Shown: positions 27,428 through 38,367 of the stretch, one piece after another
How positions within the stretch are numbered: the first letter of the stretch is position 1
Layout: every line of letters starts with the position of its first letter
Source of the DNA: Acidobacteriota bacterium
Lineage (GTDB): Bacteria > Acidobacteriota > Polarisedimenticolia > J045
Reading direction: 5' to 3'
Length of the DNA: 64,000 nt
NCBI GenBank assembly: GCA_024763475.1
Contig: JANTFM010000001.1
Span: 7,879 to 71,878 of the forward strand
Program-made: the position numbers and the translations under genes
The notes under the pieces: model-generated
What the model saw: only the letters and a program-made list of their open reading frames with translations
What the model was told of the DNA's origin: nothing
The model's database searches: none

Positions 27428-28768
27428 GTGCGTCGCAGAATCATCCTCGAGAGCGTCTTGTTGTGTGTTGCTCTCGCAGCTCCGGTCGTTGCCGTGATCC
27501 CTTCCGACGAGTGCGTGTTGCTGGAACGTCGCTCGCGCATCGCGAAGCGCCGGGGTGACGAAACCGGCAGTCTTGCCTTGCTCGAGGAGGCGTCCGGCGT
27601 GTGCCGCGAGAACATCGCGCTGCTTCTCGAACTCGAACACGTCTACCGCTGGAAGGATGGTTTCGCGGAGCAACTTGCCGCGGTGCACAAGCGCCTGGTC
27701 CGGAGCGTCGAGCAGAAAGACTCGCCGGTCTCGATGGCCCTGGTCGATCGCTTCGTCGGTAATTCGCGCACGACGGACGAGGATCTGGAGTTCCTGCTCC
27801 ACGTGACCCAGACCTGGCTGGAACGCGACCCGGAGTCACCGCGCCTACTCGAGGCGCTGGCAACGATCCATGCCCGTAGGAGTGAGACGGAGTCCGCACG
27901 GGAGGTCTTGGATCGCCTGATCGCCATCGAGGACAAGCCCATCTACCGGCGTAACGCCTACTACCTCGATCTCGCTCTCGAGCACTGGGATCCCGCGTTG
28001 GACTACCTGCTCAAGCGGGTCGCTGCGGGCCACGACGATATCCTCACGCGTATCGGTCTGATCCGCCTGCTCGCCAAGACCGGCCGCTATGCAGAGCTGC
28101 TCGAGTTGACCCAGCCCCTCCTTGGCACCTCTGTCGGGGGTGCCAGCCTGCCCGGGGGCTACCACGAACTCGCTGCCACGGTACTGATTCCGGCGGCGTG
28201 GTCGCTCTATGACGCTGGGAAGGTCGAGGAGGCCGAGGCTTACTTCCGACTCCTTCTCGAGAAGTCACCCGACAACGCCGAACTGCAGCAGACCGTCCTC
28301 CAGCTCTTTGCGGGCGAAGCGGAACAGGCGGAGGGGCGCGAGCGGATAGAGCGTCGCTGGGCCAGCGAGCAGAACCCTCTCAAGCTGCTGAAGGAGGGCT
28401 CTGCGAGGCTCGGTGCGGGAGATGCTGCCGGCGCGTACGAGCTCATCCGGCGGGCGACGACAATCGATCCCCGCTCCGAGGTCGGCTGGTTCAACCTGGG
28501 CCTGGCCGCCAGTAAGCTCGAACACTGGCAGGAGGCCGACGATGCGTTCTCGCGCCTGATAGAACTCGCTCCCTCCATGACCGACGCCTACTACAACCGC
28601 GGTATCGCCCGGATCCAGCTCGCTCGTCATGTCGAGGCACTCGCCGACCTCAAGCACTACGTCGCCGAGCGACCGGATCAGAAGGGCGCCTGGTACTACA
28701 TCTATTCCTGCTACAAGGCACTGGGGAAGATGAAACTCGCGGGTGAGGCGCTCCAGCACTACAAGTGA
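27428..28768 (+). CDS. Exported TPR-repeat protein
   Basis: Hydrophobic N-terminus; GWFNLGLAASKLEHWQEA and AYYNRGIARIQL TPR motifs. Confidence 0.8.
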   Translation: MRRRIILESVLLCVALAAPVVAVIPSDECVLLERRSRIAKRRGDETGSLALLEEASGVCRENIALLLELEHVYRWKDGFAEQLAAVHKRLVRSVEQKDSPVSMALVDRFVGNSRTTDEDLEFLLHVTQTWLERDPESPRLLEALATIHARRSETESAREVLDRLIAIEDKPIYRRNAYYLDLALEHWDPALDYLLKRVAAGHDDILTRIGLIRLLAKTGRYAELLELTQPLLGTSVGGASLPGGYHELAATVLIPAAWSLYDAGKVEEAEAYFRLLLEKSPDNAELQQTVLQLFAGEAEQAEGRERIERRWASEQNPLKLLKEGSARLGAGDAAGAYELIRRATTIDPRSEVGWFNLGLAASKLEHWQEADDAFSRLIELAPSMTDAYYNRGIARIQLARHVEALADLKHYVAERPDQKGAWYYIYSCYKALGKMKLAGEALQHYK

Positions 28769-28792
28769 GCGAACGGGATCTGCAGGCAGGAC

Positions 28793-30133
28793 TCAGAAGG
28801 ACATGATGTAGTTGCGGTAGGCGTCTTCGAGCGCTTCCGGCGGCGCGCCGTAGACATGTTGGAAGACGTCGCGTACCGGGTAGCCCTCGGCGACGAGGAG
28901 CATGAAGCGGGGGAAGAGTTCTTCGGCCCAGTCGCTTTCCCCATGGCGGAGGAAGTGCACGAGCATCCAGGACTGTGGATAGAAGAGGGCGATCTTCTCG
29001 CCGTAGAAGTCCCGGGGAGAGGCATCGACCAACTCGACGATGCTGAGCGCCCGCTTCTCCTTAACGGCTTGCTTGACCGCCTTCGTATTGGCACGGGAGC
29101 TGGTGTCCGTCTTGTAGGCCAGGGGGTAGTTGCCTGCGAGGCGCCAGCCCGTAATGCGCTGCTTGTGACCACCCGGGATCAGCTTTCCCTTCCTGATATC
29201 CGAGCAGCCCATGTACTCGGCGAAACCCTCGCCGAGCCACCGCGGCTGTTGTGCCCGGATAGCAAAGAGATGACGGTCCATCAGGGCGTGGGTTGCCTCG
29301 TGGATCAGGGTGGAGAGCAGCGCCTCCGGAGTAATCCGCTCGACATGGAAGGCGATGATGCCGGAGCTATCATAGAACCCTACCGAGGCCTCGAGGCCGC
29401 CCACGATTTGTACGAGCGTCCGGTACTGATCCGCCGACCTGTAGATAAAGACAAGCACCTTGCCTCGGGCCGGCAGACTGGGGATCTGTTGGTTGAAGAC
29501 CTTGTAGCTTGCCGCCCAGGCCGCCGCGAGATTGTTGGCGATGCCTCGGGCCGCCTCCTCTGTGCCGACGTCCATGTAGACGCCGAAGTACTCGTTTTCG
29601 CCGAAGACCGTCTTCTCGGTATCGAGCAGTCCCTTCGCCTTGGTCGCATTGCGGGCCTGCAACTGCCGTAGCTGCTTGTAGGGAAGCTCCAGTATCTCCC
29701 GCCGCTGGCGGAAGTAGGGATCCTGTGCACGCTCGAAGTCCAGTTGGATCTTTCGCCGTCGCAACGGCGAAGCGACACGCTCGGGAAAGCGCACCTTCCA
29801 GGAGACGGTGGTGGCCACGGCCTTGTCGGCCTGCCTGGCGGGGGCGAATCGCCAGCCGCGCATCTCCTCGATAGCGGCCTGCTTGAACAGGTCGTCGAAC
29901 TCGCTCTTCGGCTCGATCGACAAGACGCGCGCTTCGTGCACGATGCCTCGTTCATCGAGCACCAGTTCGACCTCGACCAGCGGAGTCAACCCCGTGCCAA
30001 CGGTCGCCACCGGCGTCTCGGGAAGAGGCGTGTGCAGGGGGACCGGATCCGTTGCGACCGGGTCCTCGCCGAGGCTGGGGGGATGGGGGGCGAGGATCAG
30101 GATCCCCACCAACAGGAATTCAAGGAGTCGCAT
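28793..30133 (-). CDS. TonB C-terminal domain fused to a DUF1570/peptidase-MA-like zincin domain
   Basis: Signal peptide; VELVLDERGIVHEARV...AAIEEMRGWRFAPA (TonB_C); IHEATHAL...PRWLGEGFAEY; FYPQSWMLVHFL. Confidence 0.78.
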   Translation of the reverse strand: MRLLEFLLVGILILAPHPPSLGEDPVATDPVPLHTPLPETPVATVGTGLTPLVEVELVLDERGIVHEARVLSIEPKSEFDDLFKQAAIEEMRGWRFAPARQADKAVATTVSWKVRFPERVASPLRRRKIQLDFERAQDPYFRQRREILELPYKQLRQLQARNATKAKGLLDTEKTVFGENEYFGVYMDVGTEEAARGIANNLAAAWAASYKVFNQQIPSLPARGKVLVFIYRSADQYRTLVQIVGGLEASVGFYDSSGIIAFHVERITPEALLSTLIHEATHALMDRHLFAIRAQQPRWLGEGFAEYMGCSDIRKGKLIPGGHKQRITGWRLAGNYPLAYKTDTSSRANTKAVKQAVKEKRALSIVELVDASPRDFYGEKIALFYPQSWMLVHFLRHGESDWAEELFPRFMLLVAEGYPVRDVFQHVYGAPPEALEDAYRNYIMSF

Positions 30134-30462
30134 GGGGCTATCTTATCCCGGAGATTCTCGAGAGGGGCCTACCCATCTTGATGAGCGGGGACGGGATCCA
30201 GATGCTCCCGGACCGCCGCGAGCCCTCGCCCTCCTCCCCGACACGACCCGCAGAATTCTACTGAAGCCCTCGGTCAATTCGGGATAAGCACTTGTCTAAA
30301 CACAGAATCTGTGTAAGACATATGCCGCAACTGGACGAAGTGACGACCCATTACGCAGTTTCTCGGCCCCGCAGGCACCGGTGTGGTGTTGTGCGAAGTG
30401 TGGGAGCTGTCCGATTACGCGGCGGTTCCCGTGCTCATTAGTTAGGGACGGATCCACGGATA

Positions 30463-31122
30463 ATGGAACCCGAAAAGCGATTTTTCTTTCCCCGTTGGTT
30501 TAACCTCCTGCTGCCTGCTCTGGGCGTCGTGCTTGTGGGTGGACCGCTCTACCTCATCGTCGTGGTCTGGCTCGGATTCTCTCCGATGGCGGTTAGCGTC
30601 GGGTATGCTCCCGAGCAGCCCGTTCCCTATTCCCACGCCCTCCACGCGGGAGAACTGGGGATCGACTGCCTCTACTGTCACAACACGGTCGAGGAAAGCG
30701 GAAGAGCTGCGATACCTCCGTCTGCGACCTGCATGAACTGTCACGAGCGGATCAAGGCGAAGAGTGAGGCGCTTGCGCCGATCAGGGAGAGCATGGAGAC
30801 TGGCGAGCCAGTCAAGTGGGTGAGGGTGCACGACTTGCCGGACTTCGTCTACTTCAACCACAGCGCTCATGTCTCGCGAGGTGTGGGCTGCGTCGAGTGT
30901 CATGGCCGGGTGGATCGCATGGAGGTCGTCACCCAAGTCAAGCCCCTGAGCATGGGATGGTGCCTTGCTTGCCATCGCGATCCCGACGCCCGGCTTCGGC
31001 CCTTGGATCGGATCACCGATCTCGGCTGGGAGCCGGATGGAGATCGACTCGAGATCGGTCGTAAGGTACGAGAAGAAAACAACATCCAACCCTCCACGGA
31101 CTGTTCCACATGTCATCGATGA
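30463..31122 (+). CDS. actA: Alternative complex III pentaheme cytochrome c
   Basis: GYAPEQPVPYSHALHAG; five CxxCH motifs; LPDFVYFNHSAH. Confidence 0.93.
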   Translation: MEPEKRFFFPRWFNLLLPALGVVLVGGPLYLIVVVWLGFSPMAVSVGYAPEQPVPYSHALHAGELGIDCLYCHNTVEESGRAAIPPSATCMNCHERIKAKSEALAPIRESMETGEPVKWVRVHDLPDFVYFNHSAHVSRGVGCVECHGRVDRMEVVTQVKPLSMGWCLACHRDPDARLRPLDRITDLGWEPDGDRLEIGRKVREENNIQPSTDCSTCHR

Positions 31123-34100
31123 AAAAGCCTGTATCGGGAAAGGCGTTCTGGCGTTCCCTCGAGGACTACGCCGAGGCCCCGGAGTTCATGCGCTGGGCCA
31201 AGGCGGAGTTTCCTGCTCTGCTTGAGCCGATGAGTCCCCCGTCGCGCCGGTCCTTCCTGCGCCTGATGGGAGCCTCGGCGGCTCTCGCGGGGCTGGCGGC
31301 TTGCCGTTGGCCCAAGGAGACCATTCTCCCGTTCTCCCAGCGGCCGGAAGACCTCGTCCCCGGGGTTCCCCAGCGCTTCGCCACGGCCTTCGATTACGGT
31401 GGCCACGCCCAGGGACTGCTCGTCACGAGCTACGACGGCCGCCCGATCAAGATCGAGGGCAACCCGGAGCATCCCCTGTCGCGGGGGGCCAGCAACTCCT
31501 TCGCCCAGGCGTCGGTGCTGAGCCTCTACGACCCGGATCGCTCACGGGTCCCCTATTCCGGGGGCAAGAAGAGTTCTTGGGCGGACTTCGATGCCGCGTT
31601 CGGCGCGCAGACAACGGCTCTTGCCGCGTCCGGTGGAGCGGGTTTCGCCGTGCTGGCCGAGGCGAGTTCGTCGCCCAGCCGCGCGCGCTTGCAGGCTGAG
31701 ATAGAGTCCGCCTGGCCCAACGCCCGCTGGTTCGAGTACGAAGCGATCTCCCGGGACAACGAGCGGGAGGGTACGCGGCTCGCCTTCGGGAAGCCCCTGC
31801 GGCCCCAGTACGACTTCTCCAAAGCCGAGCTTGCCGTCTGCCTCGATGCCGACCTCCTGGGAGAGCATCCGGCGTCCCTCGCCCATGCCCGGGGCTTCGC
31901 GGTGTCCCGGCGCCGGATCGACGAGGGCCGACTCGGTCGCCTCTACGCGATCGAGAGCTGCTATTCGATCACCGGAGCCGCAGCCGACGAGCGTTTCCCG
32001 ATGCCCAGCGGCCGGATTCCCGCACTCCTCGTTGCCATCGCTCAAGGCCTCGAGGCGGCTGGAGTTGCCCTGCCCTCGGGTGTGCTCCGCGCCGCCGTGT
32101 CCGCATTTCCGCCTGGCGAGAGCCTGCCCCTCGTGGCCACGATCATCGAGGATCTGCTGCGCCATCGCGGCCACGGCTTCGTGGCCGTTGGTGCCCAGCA
32201 CCTGGCGGAAGCCCACGCTCTGGCGTTCGCCATCAACGATGCCCTCGCGAACACGGGCCATACGGTCTCTTACCTTCCCTGTCCTGATCCGGAACGGGTG
32301 TCTCACTCGACCGCGATTGCCAGCCTGGCAAGGAAGATCGAGGCGGGAGAGCTCACCACGCTCCTCGTTCTCGGTGCGAACCCGGTCTACAACGCCCCTG
32401 CGGACTTCGATTTCGGTGCTTTGCTGGCCAAGGTCGGCCAGACGATTCATCTCGGGCAGTACCGCGATGAGACCGCCGAGAAGTGCCTCTGGCACCTCCC
32501 CGAAGCGCACTATCTCGAATCCTGGGGTGATGCCCGCTCCTGGGATGGAAGCGTCAGCGTCGTCCAGCCGCTGATCGAGCCCTTGCACGGATCGCGCAGC
32601 GCCCTCGAGATCCTCGCCGGTGTTCTCGGTCGCCAGCCGGCGGACGGACATGGGATCGTCCGAGAGACGATCACCGGACTCGCTGGCGACAAGGGAGACA
32701 AGGCGTGGCGCCGCACCTTGCATGACGGTCTGCTTGCCGGCAGTGCGCCTGCGCCCGTCCATCCCCGGATCGATGGCTCATCGGTCGCCGCGTCCCTGGC
32801 TTCGGCGAAGCCCAAGGCTGCTGGTGATCTGGAACTCGTCTTCACCACGGCTCCGGACGTCTACGACGGACGCTTCGCGAACAACGCCTGGTTACAGGAG
32901 ACGCCCGATCCGCTGACGAAACTCACCTGGGACAACGCACTGCTCGTGGGACCCGCCACGGCGGACAAGCTGGGTGTGCGCCATGGCGAGCTGGCGAAGG
33001 TGGAGGCTGGCGGCCGCTCGATCGAGGCCCCGGTGTTCATCGCTCCGGGCCAGGCCCTCGGGTCGATTGCCCTCGGCCTCGGTTACGGCCGGACCGCGGC
33101 CGGCAGGGTCGGCAGCGGCGTGGGTATCAGCGCCTACCCCCTGAGAACTCTCGCGGACGCCGGTTGGTCCAGCGGCATCACGGTGACAGGCACCGGACAG
33201 GTCTTCAAGTTGGCGACGACCCAGGATCATTTCGCGATCGATGTGGGGGGCCGCGAGGAGACGGAGCGCCGCCGACCCGAGCTCGTGCGCGAGGCGAATC
33301 TCGAGGAGTTCAAGCGGGTCCCCGACTTCGTTCGCCACCGCAGCCACGACATAGAGCTCTTTTCCCTCTGGGAGGAGTTCACCTACGAAGGTCACAGCTG
33401 GGGCATGTCGATCGACCTGAACACCTGCATCGGCTGCAACTACTGCGCGGTGGCCTGTCAAGCCGAGAACAATGTCCCGGTCGTCGGCAAGGAGCAGGTG
33501 TACAACGGCCGCGAGATGGCCTGGCTGCGCGTGGATCGCTACTACGGGGGGGATCCTGAGGATGCAAGCATCGCGTTCCAGCCCCTCGCCTGTCAGCAGT
33601 GCGAGATGGCGCCCTGCGAAGAGGTCTGCCCGGCATCAGCGACCGTTCATGACGACGAAGGCCTCAATACGATGGTCTACAACCGCTGTATCGGGACGCG
33701 CTACTGTTCCAACAACTGCCCTTACAAGGTGCGTCGTTTCAACTTCTTCAACTACCACAAGAATCTGACGGAACTCGAGTCGCTGGGGATGAATCCCGGT
33801 GTCTCCGTTCGATCGCGTGGTGTGATGGAAAAGTGTACCTACTGCACGCAGCGCATCGCCCAGGTAAAGATCCTGGCCAAGAACGAGGGGCGTCCCATCG
33901 AGGACGGCGAGATCACGCCCGCCTGCGCCCAGGCCTGTCCGACGCAGGCCATCACCTTCGGCGACCTCAACGATGAGAAGAGTCGCGTCCGCGAGCTGCA
34001 CCAGGACAAGCGGGCCTACTCGCTCCTGGGCGAACTGAACATCAAGCCGCGCACGAAATATCTGGGGCGGATAAAGAACCCATCCTCCATGGGACACACG

Positions 34101-34127
34101 GAGCACAGCTCCGAGGAGCATCACTGA
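31110..34127 (+). CDS. actB: Alternative complex III molybdopterin-oxidoreductase-like / Fe-S subunit (alternative start 31119)
   Basis: FWRSLE, TAT motif SRRSFL with LAAC, GRPIKIEGNPEHP, DGRFANNAWLQETPDP, CIGCNYCAVAC, CIGTRYCSNNCPY. Confidence 0.95.
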   Translation: MSSMKKPVSGKAFWRSLEDYAEAPEFMRWAKAEFPALLEPMSPPSRRSFLRLMGASAALAGLAACRWPKETILPFSQRPEDLVPGVPQRFATAFDYGGHAQGLLVTSYDGRPIKIEGNPEHPLSRGASNSFAQASVLSLYDPDRSRVPYSGGKKSSWADFDAAFGAQTTALAASGGAGFAVLAEASSSPSRARLQAEIESAWPNARWFEYEAISRDNEREGTRLAFGKPLRPQYDFSKAELAVCLDADLLGEHPASLAHARGFAVSRRRIDEGRLGRLYAIESCYSITGAAADERFPMPSGRIPALLVAIAQGLEAAGVALPSGVLRAAVSAFPPGESLPLVATIIEDLLRHRGHGFVAVGAQHLAEAHALAFAINDALANTGHTVSYLPCPDPERVSHSTAIASLARKIEAGELTTLLVLGANPVYNAPADFDFGALLAKVGQTIHLGQYRDETAEKCLWHLPEAHYLESWGDARSWDGSVSVVQPLIEPLHGSRSALEILAGVLGRQPADGHGIVRETITGLAGDKGDKAWRRTLHDGLLAGSAPAPVHPRIDGSSVAASLASAKPKAAGDLELVFTTAPDVYDGRFANNAWLQETPDPLTKLTWDNALLVGPATADKLGVRHGELAKVEAGGRSIEAPVFIAPGQALGSIALGLGYGRTAAGRVGSGVGISAYPLRTLADAGWSSGITVTGTGQVFKLATTQDHFAIDVGGREETERRRPELVREANLEEFKRVPDFVRHRSHDIELFSLWEEFTYEGHSWGMSIDLNTCIGCNYCAVACQAENNVPVVGKEQVYNGREMAWLRVDRYYGGDPEDASIAFQPLACQQCEMAPCEEVCPASATVHDDEGLNTMVYNRCIGTRYCSNNCPYKVRRFNFFNYHKNLTELESLGMNPGVSVRSRGVMEKCTYCTQRIAQVKILAKNEGRPIEDGEITPACAQACPTQAITFGDLNDEKSRVRELHQDKRAYSLLGELNIKPRTKYLGRIKNPSSMGHTEHSSEEHH

Positions 34128-34130
34128 TCC

Positions 34131-35597
34131 ATGAGCACAGGACTATCTGAAAACCTGAGCCAGGATCCACGGCAGCGGCCCACGCTGGTGCTGGGGGGCA
34201 AGGGCTTCACCGAGGTGACGGACACGGTCTGTGCCGTGTCCGAGCGGCGCAAGTGGCCGGCGATCTGGTATATCGCTTTCGCCTGTTCCCTGGTTCTCCT
34301 GGGCGTGCTTGGCGCCTGCCTGACCTACCTGATCAGCACGGGTATCGGGGTGTGGGGCAACAACATGCCCGCTGCCTGGGGATTCCCGATCGTCAACTTC
34401 GTGTTCTGGGTCGGCATCGGACACGCAGGTACGCTGATCTCGGCGGTGCTCTTCCTCTTTCGCCAGAAATGGCGGACGAGTATCAACCGCTCCGCGGAGG
34501 CGATGACGATCTTCGCAGTGGCCTGTGCCGGCATCTTCCCGGCGGTGCATGTCGGGAGGGTCTGGCTGGCCTACTGGCTCTTTCCCATTCCCAACCAAAT
34601 GTCCATGTGGCCGAATTTCCGTTCGCCGCTGCTCTGGGACGTATTCGCCGTGAGCACCTACGCCACCGTGTCCAGCATGTTCTGGTACATGGGTATGATC
34701 CCGGATCTGGCGACCCTTCGAGACAGGGCGACTGGCAAGGCGAAGCAGTTCTTCTACGGCCTCTTTTCCCTGGGTTGGTCCGGGTCCAATCGCCACTGGC
34801 TTCGTTTCGAGCGGGCCTACTTGCTGCTTGCGGCGCTCGCGACCCCGCTGGTGCTCAGCGTGCACTCGATCGTGTCCTTCGACTTCGCGGTCTCGATCCT
34901 GCCGGGCTGGCACACGACGATCTTTCCGCCCTACTTCGTCGCTGGGGCGATCTTCAGCGGGTTCGGGATGGTGATGACGATTCTCATTCCCTGCCGTTCG
35001 GCCTTCGGGCTGCAAGATCTGATCACGACGCGCCACGTAGAGAACATGGCCAAGGTGATCCTCGTGACCGGCTCGATGGTGGGCTACTCCTATACGATGG
35101 AGTTCTTCATCGCCTGGTACAGCGGCAACCTGGTTGAGCAGTTCGCCTTCGTCAACCGCTCCTTCGGACCCTACGCTTGGGCCTACTGGACCATGTTCAG
35201 CTGCAACGCCTTCATTCCTCAGCTCTTCTGGTTCAAGAAGGTCCGCCAGACGATGCTTCTCGCCTGGATTGTCAGCATTCTCGTCAACGTGGGGATGTGG
35301 TTCGAGCGATTCGTGATCGTCGTCACCTCGCTGACGCGGGACTACCTCCCCTCGAGTTGGGGCATGTTTCGGCCGACCTCTATCGACTTTCTGACCTTCC
35401 TCGGCAGCTTCGGTTTGTTCTTCACGCTCTTCCTGCTCTTCGTTCGTTTCCTGCCGATGGTCGCGATGGCCGAGGTGCGGAGCGTGATGCCGCAGGCCCA
35501 TGGCATCGTCGGTGAAGGACACCGTCCCTTCGGTGACTACTGGCCCGACTCTGTTCATCCGGAGCGGCAGCGAAAGCCGTCGCCGGAGGAAGAGTGA
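34131..35597 (+). CDS. actC: Alternative complex III NrfD-like quinol-binding subunit
   Basis: [51 protein letters not shown]. Confidence 0.95.
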   Translation: MSTGLSENLSQDPRQRPTLVLGGKGFTEVTDTVCAVSERRKWPAIWYIAFACSLVLLGVLGACLTYLISTGIGVWGNNMPAAWGFPIVNFVFWVGIGHAGTLISAVLFLFRQKWRTSINRSAEAMTIFAVACAGIFPAVHVGRVWLAYWLFPIPNQMSMWPNFRSPLLWDVFAVSTYATVSSMFWYMGMIPDLATLRDRATGKAKQFFYGLFSLGWSGSNRHWLRFERAYLLLAALATPLVLSVHSIVSFDFAVSILPGWHTTIFPPYFVAGAIFSGFGMVMTILIPCRSAFGLQDLITTRHVENMAKVILVTGSMVGYSYTMEFFIAWYSGNLVEQFAFVNRSFGPYAWAYWTMFSCNAFIPQLFWFKKVRQTMLLAWIVSILVNVGMWFERFVIVVTSLTRDYLPSSWGMFRPTSIDFLTFLGSFGLFFTLFLLFVRFLPMVAMAEVRSVMPQAHGIVGEGHRPFGDYWPDSVHPERQRKPSPEEE

Positions 35598-36142
35598 TGA
35601 ACCACGACACGGCGCCCCTGTGGGGCATGATGGCCGAATTCGACAACGTCAGCGATACCCTCGCCGCCGCGGAGAAGACCCGCGACGCCGGCTTCAAGCA
35701 CTGGGACACGCACACTCCCTTCCCAGTGCACGGGCTGTGTGATGCGATGGGCATGCGGGATACGCGTCTGCCATGGGTCGTGCTCACGGCAGGAATCACC
35801 GGGGCCCTCTTCGGCCTGGCGCTGCAATACTTCACCAATGCCGTGGACTATCCGTTCGTGATCAGCGGCAAGCCGTTGTTCAGCCTGCCTGCGAATATTC
35901 CGGTGGTCTTCGAGTGCACGATCCTCTTCGCCGCGCTGACGGCCTTCAAGGCCATGCTCGTGGCGAATCGTCTGCCGCAGCATCATCGGCCACTCTTCAA
36001 GAAGGAGCGCTTCCGGCGGGCCACGCAGGACCGCTTCTTCATCGTGATCGAGGCGGCGGATCCCAAGTTTGATGCGGACAGGACGCGCGCCTTTCTCGAG
36101 TCGCTTGGCGGGCTCTCCGTTGAGGAGGTAGAGGATCGATGA
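35594..36142 (+). CDS. actD: Alternative complex III subunit D (DUF3341)
   Basis: [30 protein letters not shown]. Confidence 0.92.
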   Translation: MMNHDTAPLWGMMAEFDNVSDTLAAAEKTRDAGFKHWDTHTPFPVHGLCDAMGMRDTRLPWVVLTAGITGALFGLALQYFTNAVDYPFVISGKPLFSLPANIPVVFECTILFAALTAFKAMLVANRLPQHHRPLFKKERFRRATQDRFFIVIEAADPKFDADRTRAFLESLGGLSVEEVEDR

Positions 36143-36792
36143 GGGTACCGAGGGGAGTCATCTACCTGCTCATTGTGGCGGTTGCGCTGACGCTGCTACC
36201 GCTGGCAGTGATCGCACTGGCGCGCACCTCGACGTCGTCCAAGCCGCGGATTCACATCGTTCCCGACATGGATAGCCAGGAGTCCTTCAAGGCGCAACAG
36301 GGTTCCACGCTCTTCAGCGACGGCCGTGCGGCGCGCCTGGCGCCGGCCGGAACGGTCGCCCGAGGCCAGCTCAAAGAGGACGACCACTACTATCGGGGCA
36401 AGATCGCAGACGCGTATGCGACCGAGTTCCCCAAGCAGGTTCAGGTCACGGAAGAACTCCTCCTGCGGGGCAAGAACCGATTCCAGGTATTCTGCGCCCC
36501 TTGCCACGGTCGTGCCGGCTACGGAGACGGTATGGTGGCCCGGCATGCGGACGCACTGGCCGAGGGCACCTGGACCCAGCCAGCGGACTTCCACACGGAC
36601 GCCATCCGGCAGCGGCCGGTCGGCGAGATCTTTGATATCTTGACCAACGGGGTACGCAACATGCCGGCCCATGGTCGCCAGATCAAAGTACATGATCGCT
36701 GGGCGATCGTGGCTTACGCCAAGGCGCTGCAACTCAGCCAGGAGGTCGACGTTGAATCCCTCCCGGCCGAGTTCCGCCAAGGCCTGCGCTAA
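36139..36792 (+). CDS. actE: Alternative complex III monoheme cytochrome c
   Basis: PDMDSQ...GTVARG, CAPCHG, G-x-RNMP, DRWAIVAY. Confidence 0.92.
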   Translation: MRVPRGVIYLLIVAVALTLLPLAVIALARTSTSSKPRIHIVPDMDSQESFKAQQGSTLFSDGRAARLAPAGTVARGQLKEDDHYYRGKIADAYATEFPKQVQVTEELLLRGKNRFQVFCAPCHGRAGYGDGMVARHADALAEGTWTQPADFHTDAIRQRPVGEIFDILTNGVRNMPAHGRQIKVHDRWAIVAYAKALQLSQEVDVESLPAEFRQGLR

Positions 36793-36804
36793 GCGAGGTT
36801 GGGG

Positions 36805-38022
36805 ATGCATACCCATCTGATCGATATCACGAAGGAAAAACGCTTTCTGGGTTCTCTTGGGCAGCGGTTGACTCTCGGGGGTGGTGTGGCCGGTATCGTG
36901 GGCCTGGCCGTGTCCTTCGGCCTGGCATCGACCTCTGAAGACGGTATTCATCGTCTGTGGTGGTCCTACCTCCACAACTGGACCTTCTTCCTGACGATTG
37001 CTCTCGGCGCACTCTTCTTCGTGCTGGTCGAGCACCTGGCCAAGGCGGGTTGGAGCGTTGTTCTAAGGAGGCTCTCCGAGGGCGTCTCGATGACGCTCGT
37101 CTTGCTGGCGATCCTCTTCGTGCCGCTGATTTTCGGCCTGCATGACCTGTATCACTGGCTGCACGCGGATCTCGTGGCCCAGGACCATGTGCTACAGCAC
37201 AAGGCGTCCTACCTGAACCAGACCTTCTTCCTGGTCCGCGTCGCGGTCTACTTCCTCTTCTGGATCGGGGCGGCGTTCCTGATGCACCGCAACTCGGTCA
37301 AGCAGGACCAGAGCGGCGATCACTTGCTGACGGGGAAGATGGAAGCCCTCAGCGCGCCTTTCATGATGATCTTTGCACTGACGACGACCTTCGCATCCTT
37401 CGACCTGCTGATGTCCCTCGATCCGCACTGGTTCTCGACGATCTTTGGCGTCTATTTCTTTGCCGGGTCCTTCATGTCTTTCCTGGCCTTCCTGTCCGTG
37501 ATCATCGTCGGCTTGCAGCGAAGTGGCCGGTTGACGGGTGCCATCACCGACCAGCACCTGCATGATGTCGGAAAGTTCCTGTTCGCGATGCTCGTCTTCT
37601 GGGCTTACATCGCGTTCTCACAGTACCTGCTGATCTGGTATGGCAACCTTCCAGAAGAGACCGGATGGTACCTGCGGCGGCAGACGGGGACTTGGTCCAG
37701 CCTCGGGATCGTGATGATCTTCGGGCACTTCCTGATCCCCTTTCTGTTCTTGCTCTCGCGGCACATCAAGCGGCGGCCTCTGCTGCTCTCCCTGGGCGCG
37801 TTGTGGCTGCTGGTGATGCACTGGCTCGATCTTTATTGGTTGATCATGCCCGAGTATGACCACGCTCTCACCGCGATCCCGTTCAGCCTGCTAGACCTGA
37901 GTTGCCTGGTGGGTATCGGGGGCTTCTTCATCGCCGCCTGGGCGTGGTTCCTCAGGCGTTGCTCGTTGATCGCCGAGAAAGACCCGCGTCTCGCGGAATC
38001 GCTCACCTTTGAGAACGCGTGA
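36805..38022 (+). CDS. actF: Alternative complex III subunit F
   Basis: AGWSVVLRR, DLLMSLDPHWFSTIFG, FSQYLLIWYGNLPEE. Confidence 0.93.
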   Translation: MHTHLIDITKEKRFLGSLGQRLTLGGGVAGIVGLAVSFGLASTSEDGIHRLWWSYLHNWTFFLTIALGALFFVLVEHLAKAGWSVVLRRLSEGVSMTLVLLAILFVPLIFGLHDLYHWLHADLVAQDHVLQHKASYLNQTFFLVRVAVYFLFWIGAAFLMHRNSVKQDQSGDHLLTGKMEALSAPFMMIFALTTTFASFDLLMSLDPHWFSTIFGVYFFAGSFMSFLAFLSVIIVGLQRSGRLTGAITDQHLHDVGKFLFAMLVFWAYIAFSQYLLIWYGNLPEETGWYLRRQTGTWSSLGIVMIFGHFLIPFLFLLSRHIKRRPLLLSLGALWLLVMHWLDLYWLIMPEYDHALTAIPFSLLDLSCLVGIGGFFIAAWAWFLRRCSLIAEKDPRLAESLTFENA

Positions 38023-38044
38023 CAAGCGGAGAGGACACACGCAG

Positions 38045-38365
38045 ATGGAACAGGAATCTGGCAAGGGCAAGCCCGATACAGGCTACAGGGGCATGACCGT
38101 GGTTCTCGTGGTCGTACTGACACTCGTGCTGGCGACTGCGCTATCGCTCTCCGGCATCGCCTACCTGAACCACCTCTCCTCCCTGCAGCTCAAGGAGCAG
38201 CTCGTCGAGGTCAAGAACCAGGCGTTGGAGGAGATGGTGACCGCTCAGGAGCGGGCTCTTTCTCGCCGGGAGTGGGTTGATCAGGAGAAGGGTAAGGCGC
38301 GCATACCCATCGAGGATGCCATGAAGGTCATGGCGCGCGGCTTCGCTGAGAAGGACGGACGCTAA
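38045..38365 (+). CDS. actG: Alternative complex III small single-TM subunit (ActG-like)
   Basis: One TM helix; C-terminal WVDQEKGKARIPIEDAM motif; position after actF. Confidence 0.7.
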   Translation: MEQESGKGKPDTGYRGMTVVLVVVLTLVLATALSLSGIAYLNHLSSLQLKEQLVEVKNQALEEMVTAQERALSRREWVDQEKGKARIPIEDAMKVMARGFAEKDGR

Positions 38366-38367
38366 TC

